Source: Proteromonas lacertae
Lineage: Eukaryota
NCBI GenBank assembly: GCA_002245135.1
Contig: NGBS01000880.1
Location: 62,001-126,000, forward strand
Reading direction: 5' to 3'
DNA length: 64,000 nt
Part shown: piece by piece, positions 23,607 through 36,675 of the stretch
Layout: the number at the start of each line of letters is the position of its first letter
Position numbering within the stretch: position 1 is the first letter of the stretch
Program-made: the position numbers and the translations under genes
Notes under the pieces: generated by a model
The model's input: only the letters and a program-made list of their open reading frames with translations
Database searches by the model: none
Told to the model about the DNA's origin: nothing

Positions 23607-23719
23607 AATAAATAAAACTTTTTTAAAAATATGAAAATAAGAAATATCTTCTATTATGTTTATTATAATTATAAACATTATATATTCAATCAAAAAGAAA
23701 GAAAGAAAGAAAGAATAAA

Positions 23720-23983
23720 ATGTCAGAAGGTCCTATGCCAGATTATCAATTTCAAAGTGGTGTTGCTCCACAAGCAGATGGTCATAATCCTGTATATATA
23801 CAAACACCTCAACAACAGCAACAACAGCAACAAAATGAACAAGAATTACAACAAATTCTTCAACAAATACCACCAGATGTTAGACAATTATTATCAACAT
23901 TGAATCCAGGCACATATCGAGAAGCATTAAGAATATTAAATCAAATGGCTGACGAAGTATTAATGCAAGACATACCTTCATAA
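23720..23983 (+). CDS. Small Gln-rich hypothetical protein
   Basis: Clean ORF with AAAATG start. Confidence 0.5.
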   Translation: MSEGPMPDYQFQSGVAPQADGHNPVYIQTPQQQQQQQQNEQELQQILQQIPPDVRQLLSTLNPGTYREALRILNQMADEVLMQDIPS

Positions 23984-24057
23984 ATAACCATAATATAAAT
24001 ATCTGTTATACTTTTAATAATAACTATTCTTTGTTTTTTCTTTTGTAATAATATAAA

Positions 24058-24597
24058 ATGAGTTCTAACAATAATAACAAAAAGTTCCAAACTACTATGC
24101 ATATATTTAACATAGTAGACGATGATTTGAGTGATAATCCAGACCATAACTTAGAAAATATAACTGCTAAGAAAAGAAAGCGTAATGCTGAACAGGATTA
24201 TGAGGATATGATGGATTACTTCTATGGAGAAGCTGAAGGTTGTGGAGGTTCAGACGATGAGGATTCATACGATTCTGAAGATGATGAAAATGCATCAGAT
24301 GTCGATTCAGATGGTAACTTAATAGGTTTCATAACTAACGATGACGATGATGATGAGTCATATGAGCAAACAGAATCTGAAGAGGAGGAGGATGAATACG
24401 CATCTAGCGATGATGATATGCAAGATAAAAATAAAGATGATATAATAATAATAAAAGGTAAAAGAAAAAATATAACAAATGCTTTATTAAACTCATTAGC
24501 TCCATTTAGGAAGCATTTAGTCAAAAAGGACGGTTCTAAAGCCGGTTCCGAAAACCGAGAAAGCGACTTAGTTGAAAATCTCTCAGATTCTGAGTAA
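24058..24597 (+). CDS. Acidic hypothetical protein with NLS-like KKRKR
   Basis: ORF; D/E-rich; DVDSDGNLIGFI motif. Confidence 0.5.
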   Translation: MSSNNNNKKFQTTMHIFNIVDDDLSDNPDHNLENITAKKRKRNAEQDYEDMMDYFYGEAEGCGGSDDEDSYDSEDDENASDVDSDGNLIGFITNDDDDDESYEQTESEEEEDEYASSDDDMQDKNKDDIIIIKGKRKNITNALLNSLAPFRKHLVKKDGSKAGSENRESDLVENLSDSE

Positions 24598-24649
24598 TAT
24601 TTTTATTAAATTTTATTTTTTGCTATTTTTTTTTGTTATTATTATTATT

Positions 24650-25270
24650 ATGTCAACAAAAAGTATATGGGAGCCTATGCAAAGTGATACTAACAACCAG
24701 GCTGTATATAAAACACCTTCTGTAGCTAACGCGCCAAATGCAGAATCTAATAAATCTAATGAGTCTATAAGAAATGAAGTACCTCCATTAAATTTATCTG
24801 AAGCAGAAAGAATTAACCAGGAGGCAGAAGATATATTAAAGAAGCTAAGTCAAAGTAGATCAGTAAATGAATTACCTATAGGTGGTTGTAATGAGATTAC
24901 TGGTCATGTAAACATAGCATCACCTCAGCAAATAGAAAATATATTATTTATGTGGAAACTTGTACTTTTAGAGAATCCAAGTGAATGTAATATATTCAAT
25001 CTATGTAATAGTCAAAAGATTAATTTCTGTATAAGACATATAGATCCTATTATTAGATTATGTGAAAATGCAAGGACTCCATATGGTATTATTATAAGAA
25101 GTTTAAATCAAACAGTGAAAGCATTATTTGAAATATCTTCAGAAAATAGAAGTAATTTTATATGTGTATGTAAAACAAAAAGAGAATGGGACCTTTATGA
25201 TAAGTTATGTTATCATATATTTAATACAATAAGCACAATTCAAAATACAGAAATAGTTGCTTATTTTTAA
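24650..25270 (+). CDS. Hypothetical viral protein
   Basis: Open frame from MSTKS. Confidence 0.5.
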   Translation: MSTKSIWEPMQSDTNNQAVYKTPSVANAPNAESNKSNESIRNEVPPLNLSEAERINQEAEDILKKLSQSRSVNELPIGGCNEITGHVNIASPQQIENILFMWKLVLLENPSECNIFNLCNSQKINFCIRHIDPIIRLCENARTPYGIIIRSLNQTVKALFEISSENRSNFICVCKTKREWDLYDKLCYHIFNTISTIQNTEIVAYF

Positions 25271-25443
25271 ATTTACAATTAATTAATATTAATTAAAATT
25301 ATTTCATTTTATATTTGAAATTTACTTATTTTTAAATTTTGAAACGACTAAATAACTAAAAGCCTCACATGATCTTTATTTTGAATTTCTATTGGACCAC
25401 TTGTAATTAGTAATTCATTGGTTGAGAATATCTTTTATATATA

Positions 25444-26190
25444 TGTCTGTCACCTATCAGATAGATAAAGAGAATGTTTATGTAAGCTTACCACAAGTTA
25501 ATATTGCTTACTTAACATTCCAAGGTAAATATAAGCAAGTAGAAGCAAAAACTAATTATCATTTGTTATCCTTTAATAGAATTAAGGTGCAGACATATAA
25601 TAATGTAGCTATAAGAAATTTACAGAAGGAAGTGGTCCAACCATTAAACAAATTATATATTGGGATTATTAATCAGATGTATTCTGAATTCAAGAACGAT
25701 CCAGATTTATTGGAGTTGGGGAAATAAGCTTTATTTCAAGTTCCCTAAAGAAAACATGGAATCTCCTAAAGTTAATGTTTGGAGTTGGGATTCAAAAGGT
25801 TATAATATTATGGAAGGTAGACTTCATTGGTGTGAATTTGATGTAAGAATCAGACAATTTTCTGTGATTCAATCTAAAGATGGTGTAGGTAACTTTTATA
25901 TTTATCCTAAATTTGAGTTGGATTCTAGTATTGTGGATTTAACACCATCTACTAAACTTATAGAAGATATTAGTAATGTAGAATCAGAATCTGGAATTGT
26001 AGCACCTAATAATTCTGTAATTAATGATGATGATGATTTAGAGAATGCAGATACAGAACCAACAACACCTAATTTGAATTTGGGTGTTAAAAGAGAAACA
26101 TATGGTTCTGCTAATGATTTGTTATATTTACCTTGGAATTATAGTTATATCAGCTACAGAATAAAAATATTCTCTAACCATAGCATATAA
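25444..26190 (+). pseudogene. Frameshifted hypothetical protein, possibly OB-fold ssDNA-binding
   Basis: Two ORFs joined by a shift near 25722; aromatic beta-rich body with an acidic tail. Confidence 0.35.
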
Positions 26191-26478
26191 ACCACCATCA
26201 TCTTTACCAAAACTAGGATAACCAATCACATCATAAACATGTTTAATCATCTCATATAAATTTCTTTCATTTGAATCTAATTTTTCCTTACCAATCACAT
26301 CTGCGAATAAGTTAATTAAATTTTGCGCAGGAGTCACTTTTAAAACATCTATATGTATATTATCTAAAGCAATATTCTGATCAGTAATCATATTTTCAAT
26401 CTTAGTTAATTCCTTACTCACTGCTCCTATATCTCCACTACTAGATAAAGCTATTTTTTTTGCTACATGTCCAAACAT
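26128..26478 (-). CDS. Hypothetical protein downstream of packaging ATPase (probably truncated)
   Basis: ORF; position in the morphogenesis module. Confidence 0.4.
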   Translation of the reverse strand: MFGHVAKKIALSSSGDIGAVSKELTKIENMITDQNIALDNIHIDVLKVTPAQNLINLFADVIGKEKLDSNERNLYEMIKHVYDVIGYPSFGKDDGGLYAMVREYFYSVADITIIPR

Positions 26479-26564
26479 ATTTATGTTATATTGGCAATAA
26501 GAAAGAAATAAATAAAAATAAAATAAAAATAATAAAAAACATTATTATTAAATAATAACATATA

Positions 26565-27365
26565 TTATTCACTATCAGAATTATTAGAAATATCAGTATC
26601 ACTATCACTAATATCACTATTAATATTATTAAATTTTAAATCAAAATTTATTCTAAATTCATGCGTTACGTTGTCTATGTATAAGAAAGAATGATTGTTA
26701 TAAGTAGTAGCTGTTTTATAAAGATCTTTGAACTTATTAAAATCTATCCATATATTTAAACTATGATATAAGTTCTTTAAATTAGCTTCAGAAAGATTCT
26801 TAAAAACTATACAATACTCAAGTTGTAACCTAGAGCTAGGTGTTATATTAGTTATATATTGACTTGAAATGATTACTTTAATTTTATAATGCCTATTAGA
26901 CTTTAATAACTTTGAAATAGATCTATTATCTAAGTCATAAGATATATCATCAAAAATAAATATATTTTCAGGATAGTCAAAATTCTTTTTATCTACTTCT
27001 TGTATATTTTCTAATACAGCATCTAAAACGTTTATTCTTTCATCATCTACTATACTATCATAACAATGATACTCTATTTCATTATATTTCAACATATCTG
27101 TTATTTTTTCATAAATTATATCTTTTGTTATTGTGCCAACAAAGAAATAAACAACTTGATCACTTTTGGATAATAATAGGTGTTGAATCATATTAAAAAT
27201 TAACGTTGTTTTATCAGAATTTTTCTTAGCTAATACAAAAATATTGCAGAAAGGTTCTGAAAAGTAATCATATCCAACAACAGATTTTTTACCCTTTTTC
27301 TTTTTTATTTTTTCAACAGACTCTACAGGGTTTATTGTAATATCGTTTATTTTTTCAAGTTGCAT
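26565..27365 (-). CDS. A32/FtsK-HerA genome-packaging ATPase; Walker A mutated (SDKT)
   Basis: AKKNSDKTT, Walker B IFIFDD, NRHYK, ISSQ, FLYID. Confidence 0.9.
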   Translation of the reverse strand: MQLEKINDITINPVESVEKIKKKKGKKSVVGYDYFSEPFCNIFVLAKKNSDKTTLIFNMIQHLLLSKSDQVVYFFVGTITKDIIYEKITDMLKYNEIEYHCYDSIVDDERINVLDAVLENIQEVDKKNFDYPENIFIFDDISYDLDNRSISKLLKSNRHYKIKVIISSQYITNITPSSRLQLEYCIVFKNLSEANLKNLYHSLNIWIDFNKFKDLYKTATTYNNHSFLYIDNVTHEFRINFDLKFNNINSDISDSDTDISNNSDSE

Positions 27366-27453
27366 TTATTTAATATAAGAAATATTAAAAGACAAAAAGA
27401 ATAATAGAAATAGTCGATATAAGTAATATAAGAAGAATAAAGAGAATAGTTAT

Positions 27454-28373
27454 TTAAACAACACTAACAATACCACTTCCATTAATAGTACATAATCTAC
27501 CTGTAATAAGATAAAATTTATGACATATTCTATGTGTTGTAAATGCTGGATCTCCAGGACAACTAATTTCAAAAGTAATTTTTAAATCAGCAGCTAAAGG
27601 TCTACCTGCTTGATTCTTAATATTATCTAAATCTCTTGAGCCAAAGTTTAAAATTTCGAAAAATTTCTCATTGAAATTTTGATGTTGTCTGAAAACATCA
27701 TACCATGAGTCTTTGAAATAATCTTGTACCATCATATAACTATCATAATATTCCATTAGTACTTTTAGCAGTAACTTAATGACATCTAAAATCATTAAAT
27801 TGTAATGGTTTAGATAAACAAAAGTTCTTAGTATTATTATTGCATTGACTATCCTTATTAAATTTTATAGGTTATTTTAGGATCTTTTGTTTTATTATCT
27901 ACCCAAACTTCTTCATCAGCCCAAGATTTTAATACACCAAATTTAGATAGCGTTTGGAATTTTATTTCAATGTACATACGTTCTGCAAAGAATACATCAC
28001 TTTTCATTGCAGCAAATGTATTATAAAATCTTTCTAAAGGTATTTCAACATGTATTATAGCAGATGATTGATTTTGCCAACAAAATTTTGTAGTATCATG
28101 TTGCAATGTAATTGTATACCATCATAATAATTTGATTGATAGTATTGATCTGGTTACAGAAAAATTTGTAGCAGATTTATCAATTTTTCTGTATCTTTAA
28201 TTACAATATCATATTGTATATATGATTTAGCTAAGTTAATAATGTTATCACCACTTAATTCCCATCTTATTGGATCAAAATCCTACAGGTGCTAATTTTA
28301 CATATTGATAAAAAGGAAGCATAACAGGTGTCTCTACACCATGTTTTTGTTATTTTGGAATAGATAAAGACAT
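27454..28373 (-). pseudogene. Putative major capsid protein, fragmented and internally deleted
   Basis: Immediately upstream of the ATPase; conserved C-terminus FEILNF..AG..L..DLKITF..HKFYLITG shared by three copies. Confidence 0.6.
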
Positions 28374-28409
28374 ATTAAGCAAAGAAATAATAGATTAAAA
28401 AGAAATTAA

Positions 28410-29396
28410 TTAAGTTCTTTTAAAAACAACAATACTCATACAAAACTCTATATTATCTAAATTCAACTCATAACCATTTTGCTGTGTAATTTGCAAAGTG
28501 ATTTCACCATTGCTATAAGTATTATTAAACTTTTTACTAGTATTAAAAATATCATAATTCTGATAAGTGATAAAACTAGATTCAGGATTTGTTATTGGAA
28601 TACTATCTAAAACATGACTATCTTGATCTATATTTACTAAATCCATTCTTATTGTAATGGCAGTAACCCATATTAATGTAGGTCTATAAGGCAATTGAAC
28701 AAATGAGAAATCAAATTGCTCCCATCTCTTTGATATACCATATCTTTGATTTGGTTTAAATTCTGTTCCATTTTTAGAACTAAAACATGTGAATGTTCCA
28801 TTCTTTGATTTACCAAAATATTTATATGCTAAATCTTTTGCTATTATCTCTATATTACTTATCCAACATATTGGTTTACTATAGTGAGTTGTTTTTAAAG
28901 CAGGATCATATAATACATTTGTTTTCCCTATAATTTGCAAATGATTAGTTTGATTATCATCCTTATCGTCTATTTCAAACATATCTCCAATAAATAGCTT
29001 CATATTCTTATCATCATCTGTTAATAATACTGTATCTGGATGAAAGTTATGCAGTGTTATTTCTTTGAATGCATTGTTAATAATGTCTAATATTTGATCT
29101 TAAGTATAAAAACCTTCTGGTATAGTCACATTTACAAACTCTAAAACACTACCAAATTTATAAGATCCATAATTAGGATCAACATTTAATGATATAATGA
29201 AAATAAATTTATCATTAGTATCCTCTTGTATAGTAGGGAAACTATTAAGTATAACAGCATCTTTTAGCGAAATATCACTATAATCTTGATCAAATTGAGA
29301 TAGATATAAAACTTTTTTATACTTACTAGCAAACTGATCAGTAGAAGATACCATATCAGAATTAAGGTAATAAATACGATGTTCATAAGGAATCAT
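28410..29396 (-). pseudogene. Putative minor capsid (penton) protein, one internal stop
   Basis: YYLNS, ILNSFPTI, VTIPEGFYT, VLDSIPI, ITLQITQQNG..LNLDN..F.MSIV resemble Polinton/virophage mCP patterns. Confidence 0.65.
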
Positions 29397-29637
29397 TTGT
29401 TTTTATATAAATGTGTAACTGAAATTGAAGAAATAAGCATAATAAGCATTATTAATATTATAAGCATTTTTACACAATTTAATATTTTTAATTTCTGAAC
29501 TAACATACAACGAAATTAGATATATACTACAGTACATTGATCCAGAGTATCAATGCGATGTAGAAGAAAGGCTTAAAAAAGGTTTATAGCTTATAGACTT
29601 AAGTAAAGAATTCTCAATAGATGAGAACAATTTACCT

Positions 29638-30242
29638 TGTTGTGCGCTGTTTGTCATAGTTGGCCGTTTGTCTACCAGACACTTTTAAAACAAACAAAAT
29701 ACATATTCGTACTTGTTTTGATGAAAAATCGTTACTTTTATACTTACTTTGTTATATGGCCTACCTCTGCAGTATACTATTTTGTTAATATAAATAGTTT
29801 GAATATTTGCGCCATTTGTTATCTAGAAATTTTTGAATCAAACTAAATGCATATTTAGCTAATATAGACTAAAATACATTAGCTGAAATGATAAGGACAA
29901 CTTAATGTTGATCATAAGACATTTAAAATGAAAAAAGAAAATATAGATTCAAGCCTTACTCGAGCCTATTTTTTACATTTCTTTTCTTATATAGAAAGAT
30001 TAATAATTCTTACATTCTAATCATTTCAGCTAATCTATTTTTGTCTATATTAGCTAAATATGCATTTAGCAAATATTCAAACTATTTATATTAACAAAAA
30101 AGTATACTGCAGAGGTAAGGTCATATAACAAATCAAGTGTAAAAGTAACAATTTTTCATCAAGACAAGTAAGAATATACATTTAGTTTGTTTTAAAAGTG
30201 TTTAGTAGACAAACGGCCCACTATGACAAACGGCGCACAACA
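29638..30242. mobile_element. Non-autonomous TIR element (TGTTGTGCGC...GCGCACAACA) with 5-bp TSD TACCT; Ginger2/TDD-like
   Basis: Long imperfect TIRs of roughly 170 bp or more; TACCT at 29633-29637 and 30243-30247. Confidence 0.85.
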
Positions 30243-30599
30243 TACCTCCTTTCTCATCATCATCATTCATTAGAAGTTTTAATAACAAAGAGAAGAGGAC
30301 TATGGGTCAAAAAAGGATTATAGAAAATCAACAAAACATTCAACAACAATAAAGAAGATAATTAATCTAAATGAACAAGTCAAGAAGATAATCCCATCTG
30401 AAACACTTATTAAAAATACATCAAAAGTAATAAATAGTAATATAATACACTTCATTCTCTAAATAATAGAGAAAGTAATAGTAATAGCAATCTATCTCTT
30501 GATAGCATTAATGATATCGCACGTGATGAATGTTATATGAGTTACAACAATCTATTCAATGATTGTTTGAATAATGGTTATATGTATTAATATGTCTTT

Positions 30600-32319
30600 T
30601 ATAGTTTTATTTTGTTTTTTTGTTCAATTTTTTAAATTAAATTGTTCAATTACTTTTAAAAGACTCTGTTTTGAATGGAAAACGATTATTTTAAAATCCA
30701 GTTCTTATATGAACTCCCACGATTATATGATTTCTTTTTAATTGTTGAAATGATTTTAAATATTGTTCTACTGCTATGCATGGTTTAAAAAACACTTCTT
30801 GTATTATTCTATTCCATCCTATTGAATTAATTTTGTAAGTTCTAATTATATTTGAATCATTATATAGATCAGGGTTGTATAAATCGGTCATGACCGACGG
30901 AGAAAACCGATCGGTCGTAGGTCAATAAACAAATGTTGACCGACACCAGGCTGTAGTAACTATTAGCTGACCTCCTCCTAAACATGTGATATTAATAATA
31001 TTATCTAACTGTACATATTGAATTCAAGCTCTATATATCATTCTATAAAATACCGAATTAACCGTCGGTCGATGCGCTTTTTTCTTTCTTCATAATTGAA
31101 TCTAACCTTACCAATGAGTTATTCTATTGTGTTATATATGTAATATAAAGTATAGAATGATTATAAAAATTTGAAAGAAAAAATGGCAAACTTTTAGCTT
31201 GACATTAATCATTTCTTTAAATTATCATAAATGTATCTAATATAATCTATCATTATATATTCTAGGAGTATAGTTTTATCAATTGAAGCGGCTCGTGAAG
31301 TTATTGCCTTAAAAGAGGCAAATATGCTTGAACATCTTAATTTTAACTTTTACAAAACCTTTTGGTATAATATGTTAAAGATAAAAAGCCTTGATAAATG
31401 CATTTGCAGTAAAAAGAAAGAGATTAATTATGCCAAATGAAGTACAAGAATATTTGCATTATGATATTCATTACAACATCTTCAGAGCCAGAAAGAATAT
31501 TTTCCGAGGATGGACAAATAAGTAACTTATCCAAATCAAATTTATCATGTGATAGATTACAAATGAAACTGATGATTAGTAGAAATAAATAAGAACATAA
31601 TTATATAAAATACCTAATTATTGTTGAGTATTAAATTGTAATTCTTTATAAAAAGTTAAAAATTATTTAATTGAATTGAAAATATATGAATCAAGTATTA
31701 AAATATATTATAAGATAGTTTTTATGAAGGGAAAATTAGTACATAATGAATTAAAATAGATTTTATAATATACGGCTTGTAAGGCTTGACCGACCGACGG
31801 TCAAGGCAAAACCTATAGGTTTTGACCTATCTCCGTCGGTAACCGATAAATACAACCCTGATATAGATTGTATATAATATTCATAAATCCATGATATTTA
31901 TATATAGATAATGATTTATAATAATTTAGCAACATTCTAATAGAATTATTAATTGTTCTTATTTCTATTATCTTGTTTATGGTGATATTATCATTTATTA
32001 AATATGTTGGCATTTTAAAGTAAGATGTTATATCTTACCATCCATAAATATAAAATTTTGATATAGATAGAAGCGAAAAGAAAATGCTAGATATTATTGT
32101 TGGTATTTTATTACCTAAGCCACAACCAGTATATGTTTTATACACAATTAAATAATTCAAGTGATTTTTATTATTGTTATAAGATATACAAGATTCTATA
32201 TATTTATTTACTGACATATTATTTTTATTATAAATAGCATTATTCATAATTATTGTTATCGTTATAATAACTGCCGCAATAAATATTATTAGAGTAAAAT
32301 GCATTTTATTCCATTTCAA
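30600..32319 (-). pseudogene. Fucosyltransferase-like gene interrupted by hAT insertion
   Basis: TM; GCGLGNKI; IVGVHIRTG; the reading frame resumes across the TSD. Confidence 0.75.
30870..31860 (+). mobile_element. Non-autonomous hAT element, 8-bp TSD ATATAGAT
   Basis: TIR CAGGGTTGTAT/ATACAACCCTG; TSD at 30862-30869 and 31861-31868; TSSEPERIFS remnant. Confidence 0.95.
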
Positions 32320-33518
32320 AATACGGAGAATTAGAATGAAATCCTACTGTCATTCTTAGCTCATTAATTATTCTTATTATATTACTCTTTAATGTTAAAG
32401 TTGATCCTCTTACTTTATATTCTCTTGTCATATTGCAATCACTTCTATTAAAATGTAAGTATACTATTGAATATGATTTATTTACTTCATTAAATACATT
32501 AGGAGAGAATTTGTATTTTCAGCCTTAGGTTCAAATTTTGAGCCTTACTTTTTTTAGCTAGTCCATAGTTTCTAAACTTCGATATTAAACTTAATTAGGT
32601 CAAAAACATATAACTAATCTATTCTAAAAAAATTGAAGCTTTCTTATTTCTAATTGAAAACATAATTAATCTCTATTTTTGCATTTCGCTTTTATGTGCA
32701 TAAATCAGTTATGCATTATCACTGCACTTAGGATCTCCAGTTTATTTTGTTATTAAGCTGATAATGGATGAGAAAAAAGCAAAATAAATTTCTTAACACA
32801 AGCTTTTGATTTGACAAACTATCTTGATTTTTATTTTTTGAGCCTACGCATTGTATATGCACTATATACTTATCTAATAGGTTCTGTTATAAATTGTGAA
32901 TTAACGGCTGATAATATATGGAGTTATGAAGTGAAATATGATAAAAATGACCTAAAATGTCTAAATCGAGACGAATTCGTATTATCATATATAGTTATGT
33001 TTGTGCATCACAGGATTCAATGTTATATTTAGCAAAATATGATTTAATACTTGAATATTTGAAACAATTTCGTCTGGTTGGCTCTATAACTTTTTGTAGT
33101 TTATTCTGTAGTTACTATACTCAATATATCTAGAAAATAATAATATTTAGATAGTAAGAGTGACATTAGTTGAAATCGATATAATCACAGGTATATTAAC
33201 AAAATAAGTCCGATGCTGCCGAATATCATATTAATTCTATTACTGTTTAACATTATTCAATTCAAAAATAGTATCAAATACAGAATATTATGACAAACAG
33301 TTTGAAATCGGAGAATATAAAAGAATACTATTTTCTTTTCTTATGTTGTCACTTATTTCAATGTATTATTAAATAGGAAATCGGACTATATAAAGGTATA
33401 ATATAATTAATTGTAAAGTTTCAACATATATGTCAAGAATATTACAAATACTATAAGTAGTTCGCTCAAGATGTTATTTCCTAATACACTATGCTGCAAT
33501 GGGACAAGCATAAAAATA

Positions 33519-35937
33519 AGAATTCTATCATTCGAAAAGGAAGAACTACAAATAAGAATTATAGAAAGTAGATTTTTCTTGTTGAATATTAAATAATTTA
33601 TTTATTATTTATGTTGTTATTATTATAGTTAAAATAACACATGCTACAAATATTTATGAATGGGGTAGAATGAAAAATGAAATGAACAATATTTTTATCT
33701 ATCAATAATTAAAGTAATTGTCACTATAAATAAATAAATAATAAACACAAAATATAAATAATATATATAATTAACAGGGTTGTATTTATCGGTTACCGAC
33801 GGAGATAGGTCAAAACCTATAGGTTTTGCCTTCATAAAATCTATTTTAATTCATTATATACTAATTTTCCCTTCATAAAAACTATCTTATAATATATTTT
33901 AATACTTGATTCATATATTTTCAATTCAATTAAATAATTTTTAACTTTTTATAAAGAATTACAATTTAATACTCAACAATAATTAGGTATTTTATATAAT
34001 TATGTTCTTATTTATTTCTACTAATCATCAGTTTCATTTGTAATCTATCACATGATAAATTTGATTTGGATAAGTTACTTATTTGTCCATCCTCGGAAAA
34101 TATTCTTTCTGGCTCTGAAGATGTTGCTAGACTGTTTAAACTGTTATTGGCAAGTATGTAAACCCTAGGAAACTTGGACTTTAATGATAGCCAGATATTT
34201 CCAACGGTTTCAGAGGTGCTGTAATGAATATCATAATGCAAATATTCTTGTACTTCATTTGGCATAAGTAATCTCTTTCTTTTTACTGCAAATGCATTTA
34301 TCAAGGCTTTTTATCTTTAACATATTATACCAAAAGGTTTTGTAAAAGTTAAAATTAAGATGTTCAAGCATATTTGCCTCTTTTAAGGCAATAACTTCAC
34401 GAGCCGCTCCAATTGGTAAAACTATACTCCTAGAATATATAATGATAGATTATATTAGATACATTTATGATAATTTAAAGAAATGATTAATGTCAAGCTA
34501 AAAGTTTGCCATTTTTTCTTTCAAATTTTTATAATCATTCTATACTTTATATTACATATATAACACAATAGAATAACTCATTGGTAAGGTTAGATTCAAT
34601 TATGAAGAAAGAAAAAAGCGCATCGACCGACGGTTAATTCGGTATTTTATAGAATGATATATAGAGCTTGAATTCAATATGTACAGTTAGATAATATTAT
34701 TAATATCACATGTTTAGGAGGAGGTCAGCTAATAGTTACTACAGCCTGGTGTCGGTCAACATTTGTTTATTGACCTACGACCGATCGGTTTTCTCCGTCG
34801 GTCATGACCGATTTATACAACCCTGATAATTAAGTAATTAAAAGAATTATTTGTTAAAATTATTATCTATAAATAATAATACGTTATCAAAGTTATCTAT
34901 CTTTTTATTTAATAAATAAATAAGAGTGATAATAATTAACTGTCTATCAAATGAAATATTATTATAATTATTATTAATAAATAAACAAAAATCATGTTTG
35001 TTTATTCTATCATACATTAATGAAGTTAATTCATCATATATACCTGTAATACAGTATTGATCAATTTCATTGATCATATTGATATTAAAACATTGTTTAA
35101 TACTTTGACATGTCATATTAATTTCTCTTTTTGAGATAATCAAACTATTACTCTCACTATATCTTGATTATATTAGGTACCTTTAAAGCGCTGTTATTTA
35201 CTAATATATTAACGTCATTTTTTATTTCACTTATCATTGTTTCTATCATTTTTAAACTCTCATATTTTCTTACTTCATGATTATGACTTAACCTATAGCT
35301 ACATCCTGTTAGATTATATTTAACTGTAAAACTACATCCAACTTCTTTGCAGTAGAACGCTAATTCGTTAACATTATAGTGAACTCTAACTTTGAAATTT
35401 CTTTGACGACTGTATATATGCACTACAAAATAGAAAATCTCCATGTTTTTGAACCTGAGCTGAAATATATTATCATTAATTTCTTCAAACGATTCTATGG
35501 GAGGATATTTTTTTGCTATCTCTTTAAGTCTTTTACTTCTGCCGTCCAGAATTGAATACTTCTTCTCAGCTGTTGAAAATGTAGGTAAATCTACCTCGCC
35601 ATTATCAATTATCAATTTATTCATAAAAACTACATTAGAAACATACCATTATAATAAAATAATTATTATATATACATATATATTCTATTAAAAATGACTA
35701 ATGATTTTTGTAACGGTTATTTATTATATTATAAAAATTTTTAGCTACTAAATACAAGCGAAAATATTGTTCATTTCATTTATCATTCTACCCCATTCAT
35801 AAATATTTGTAGCATGTGTTATTTTAACTATAATAATAACAACATAAATAATAAATAAATTATTTAATATTCAACAAGAAAAATCTACTTTCTATAATTC
35901 TTATTTGTAGTTCTTACTTTTCGAATGATAGATTTCT
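33519..35937 (-). mobile_element. MULE-like element with about 175-bp TIRs and truncated ORF
   Basis: 33519-33696 is an inverted near-copy of 35760-35937; ORF 35157-35624 has YCKEVGCSF...SHNH (FAR1/WRKY-like zinc finger); no clear TSD. Confidence 0.7.
33775..34825 (-). mobile_element. Second copy of the hAT derivative, 8-bp TSD ATAATTAA, nested in the MULE-like element
   Basis: Same TIRs; TSD on both sides; ORF 34008-34304 is a hAT dimerisation domain (KFPRVYILA..SLATSSEPERIFS). Confidence 0.95.
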
Positions 35938-35944
35938 GTGTAAA

Positions 35945-36660
35945 ATTAATTTAGTTTTATTATCAACAAACTAATATCATTTTCATCTTAGTTATAAAGA
36001 GTTATTTACAAAATATAATTAGTTTGTCATATAAGCTGCTTATTTGAGTAACATAATTATGTCATAATATTGACTAAAACTTACATACATATATTTTAAA
36101 AATTGTGTATATTCCAAATCTTGTGTATATGATGATAGATAATGTCTAAATAAGAAGTGTCAGTTACACAGCAATTAAGAATTATACCCCTTCTGACGTC
36201 ATTTTTAATTTAAATTTCTATTTTCTTCAATTTTTCAGTTTGTATATTTTTATGGTTTAGTCAAATATTTAGTTGATATAGACTAAAATATATTAATCAT
36301 AAGACATTTAAAATGAAAAAAGAAAATATACAATCAAGCCTCACTCAAGCCTATATTTTACATTTCTATTTTTATATAGAAAGATTTAATAATTATTATA
36401 TTCTAATCATTTCAGCTAATGTAATTTAGTTTATTTTAGCTAATTCTGCATTTAGTTTGATTCAAAAATTTCTAGAAAACAAACGGCGCAAATATTCAAA
36501 CTATTTATATTAACAAAAAAGTATATTGCAGAGGTAGGCCATATAACAAAGTAAGTATAAAAGTAACAATTTTTCATCAAGACAAGTAAGAATATGTATT
36601 TTGTTTGTTTTAAAAGTGTCTGGTAGACAAACGACCAACTATGACAAACAGCGCGCAACA
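35945..36660 (-). repeat. TGT...ACA family pieces ending in a terminus at 36660
   Basis: 36430-36660 is an inverted copy of 29638-29860; 36100-36230 matches 45970-46100 inverted. Confidence 0.75.
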
Positions 36661-36675
36661 TTTATTTCTATTCAG

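Noticed and set aside
1..29400. One single intact Polinton spanning blocks A-C
   Set aside because: Duplicate divergent core modules, intervening HYDIN and glycosyltransferase DNA, and no paired TIRs
29637..29846. Repeated small ORF MLCAVCHSW (also 36452, 39542, 46245 antisense)
   Set aside because: Coincides with MITE TIR sequence; non-ATG or variable frames
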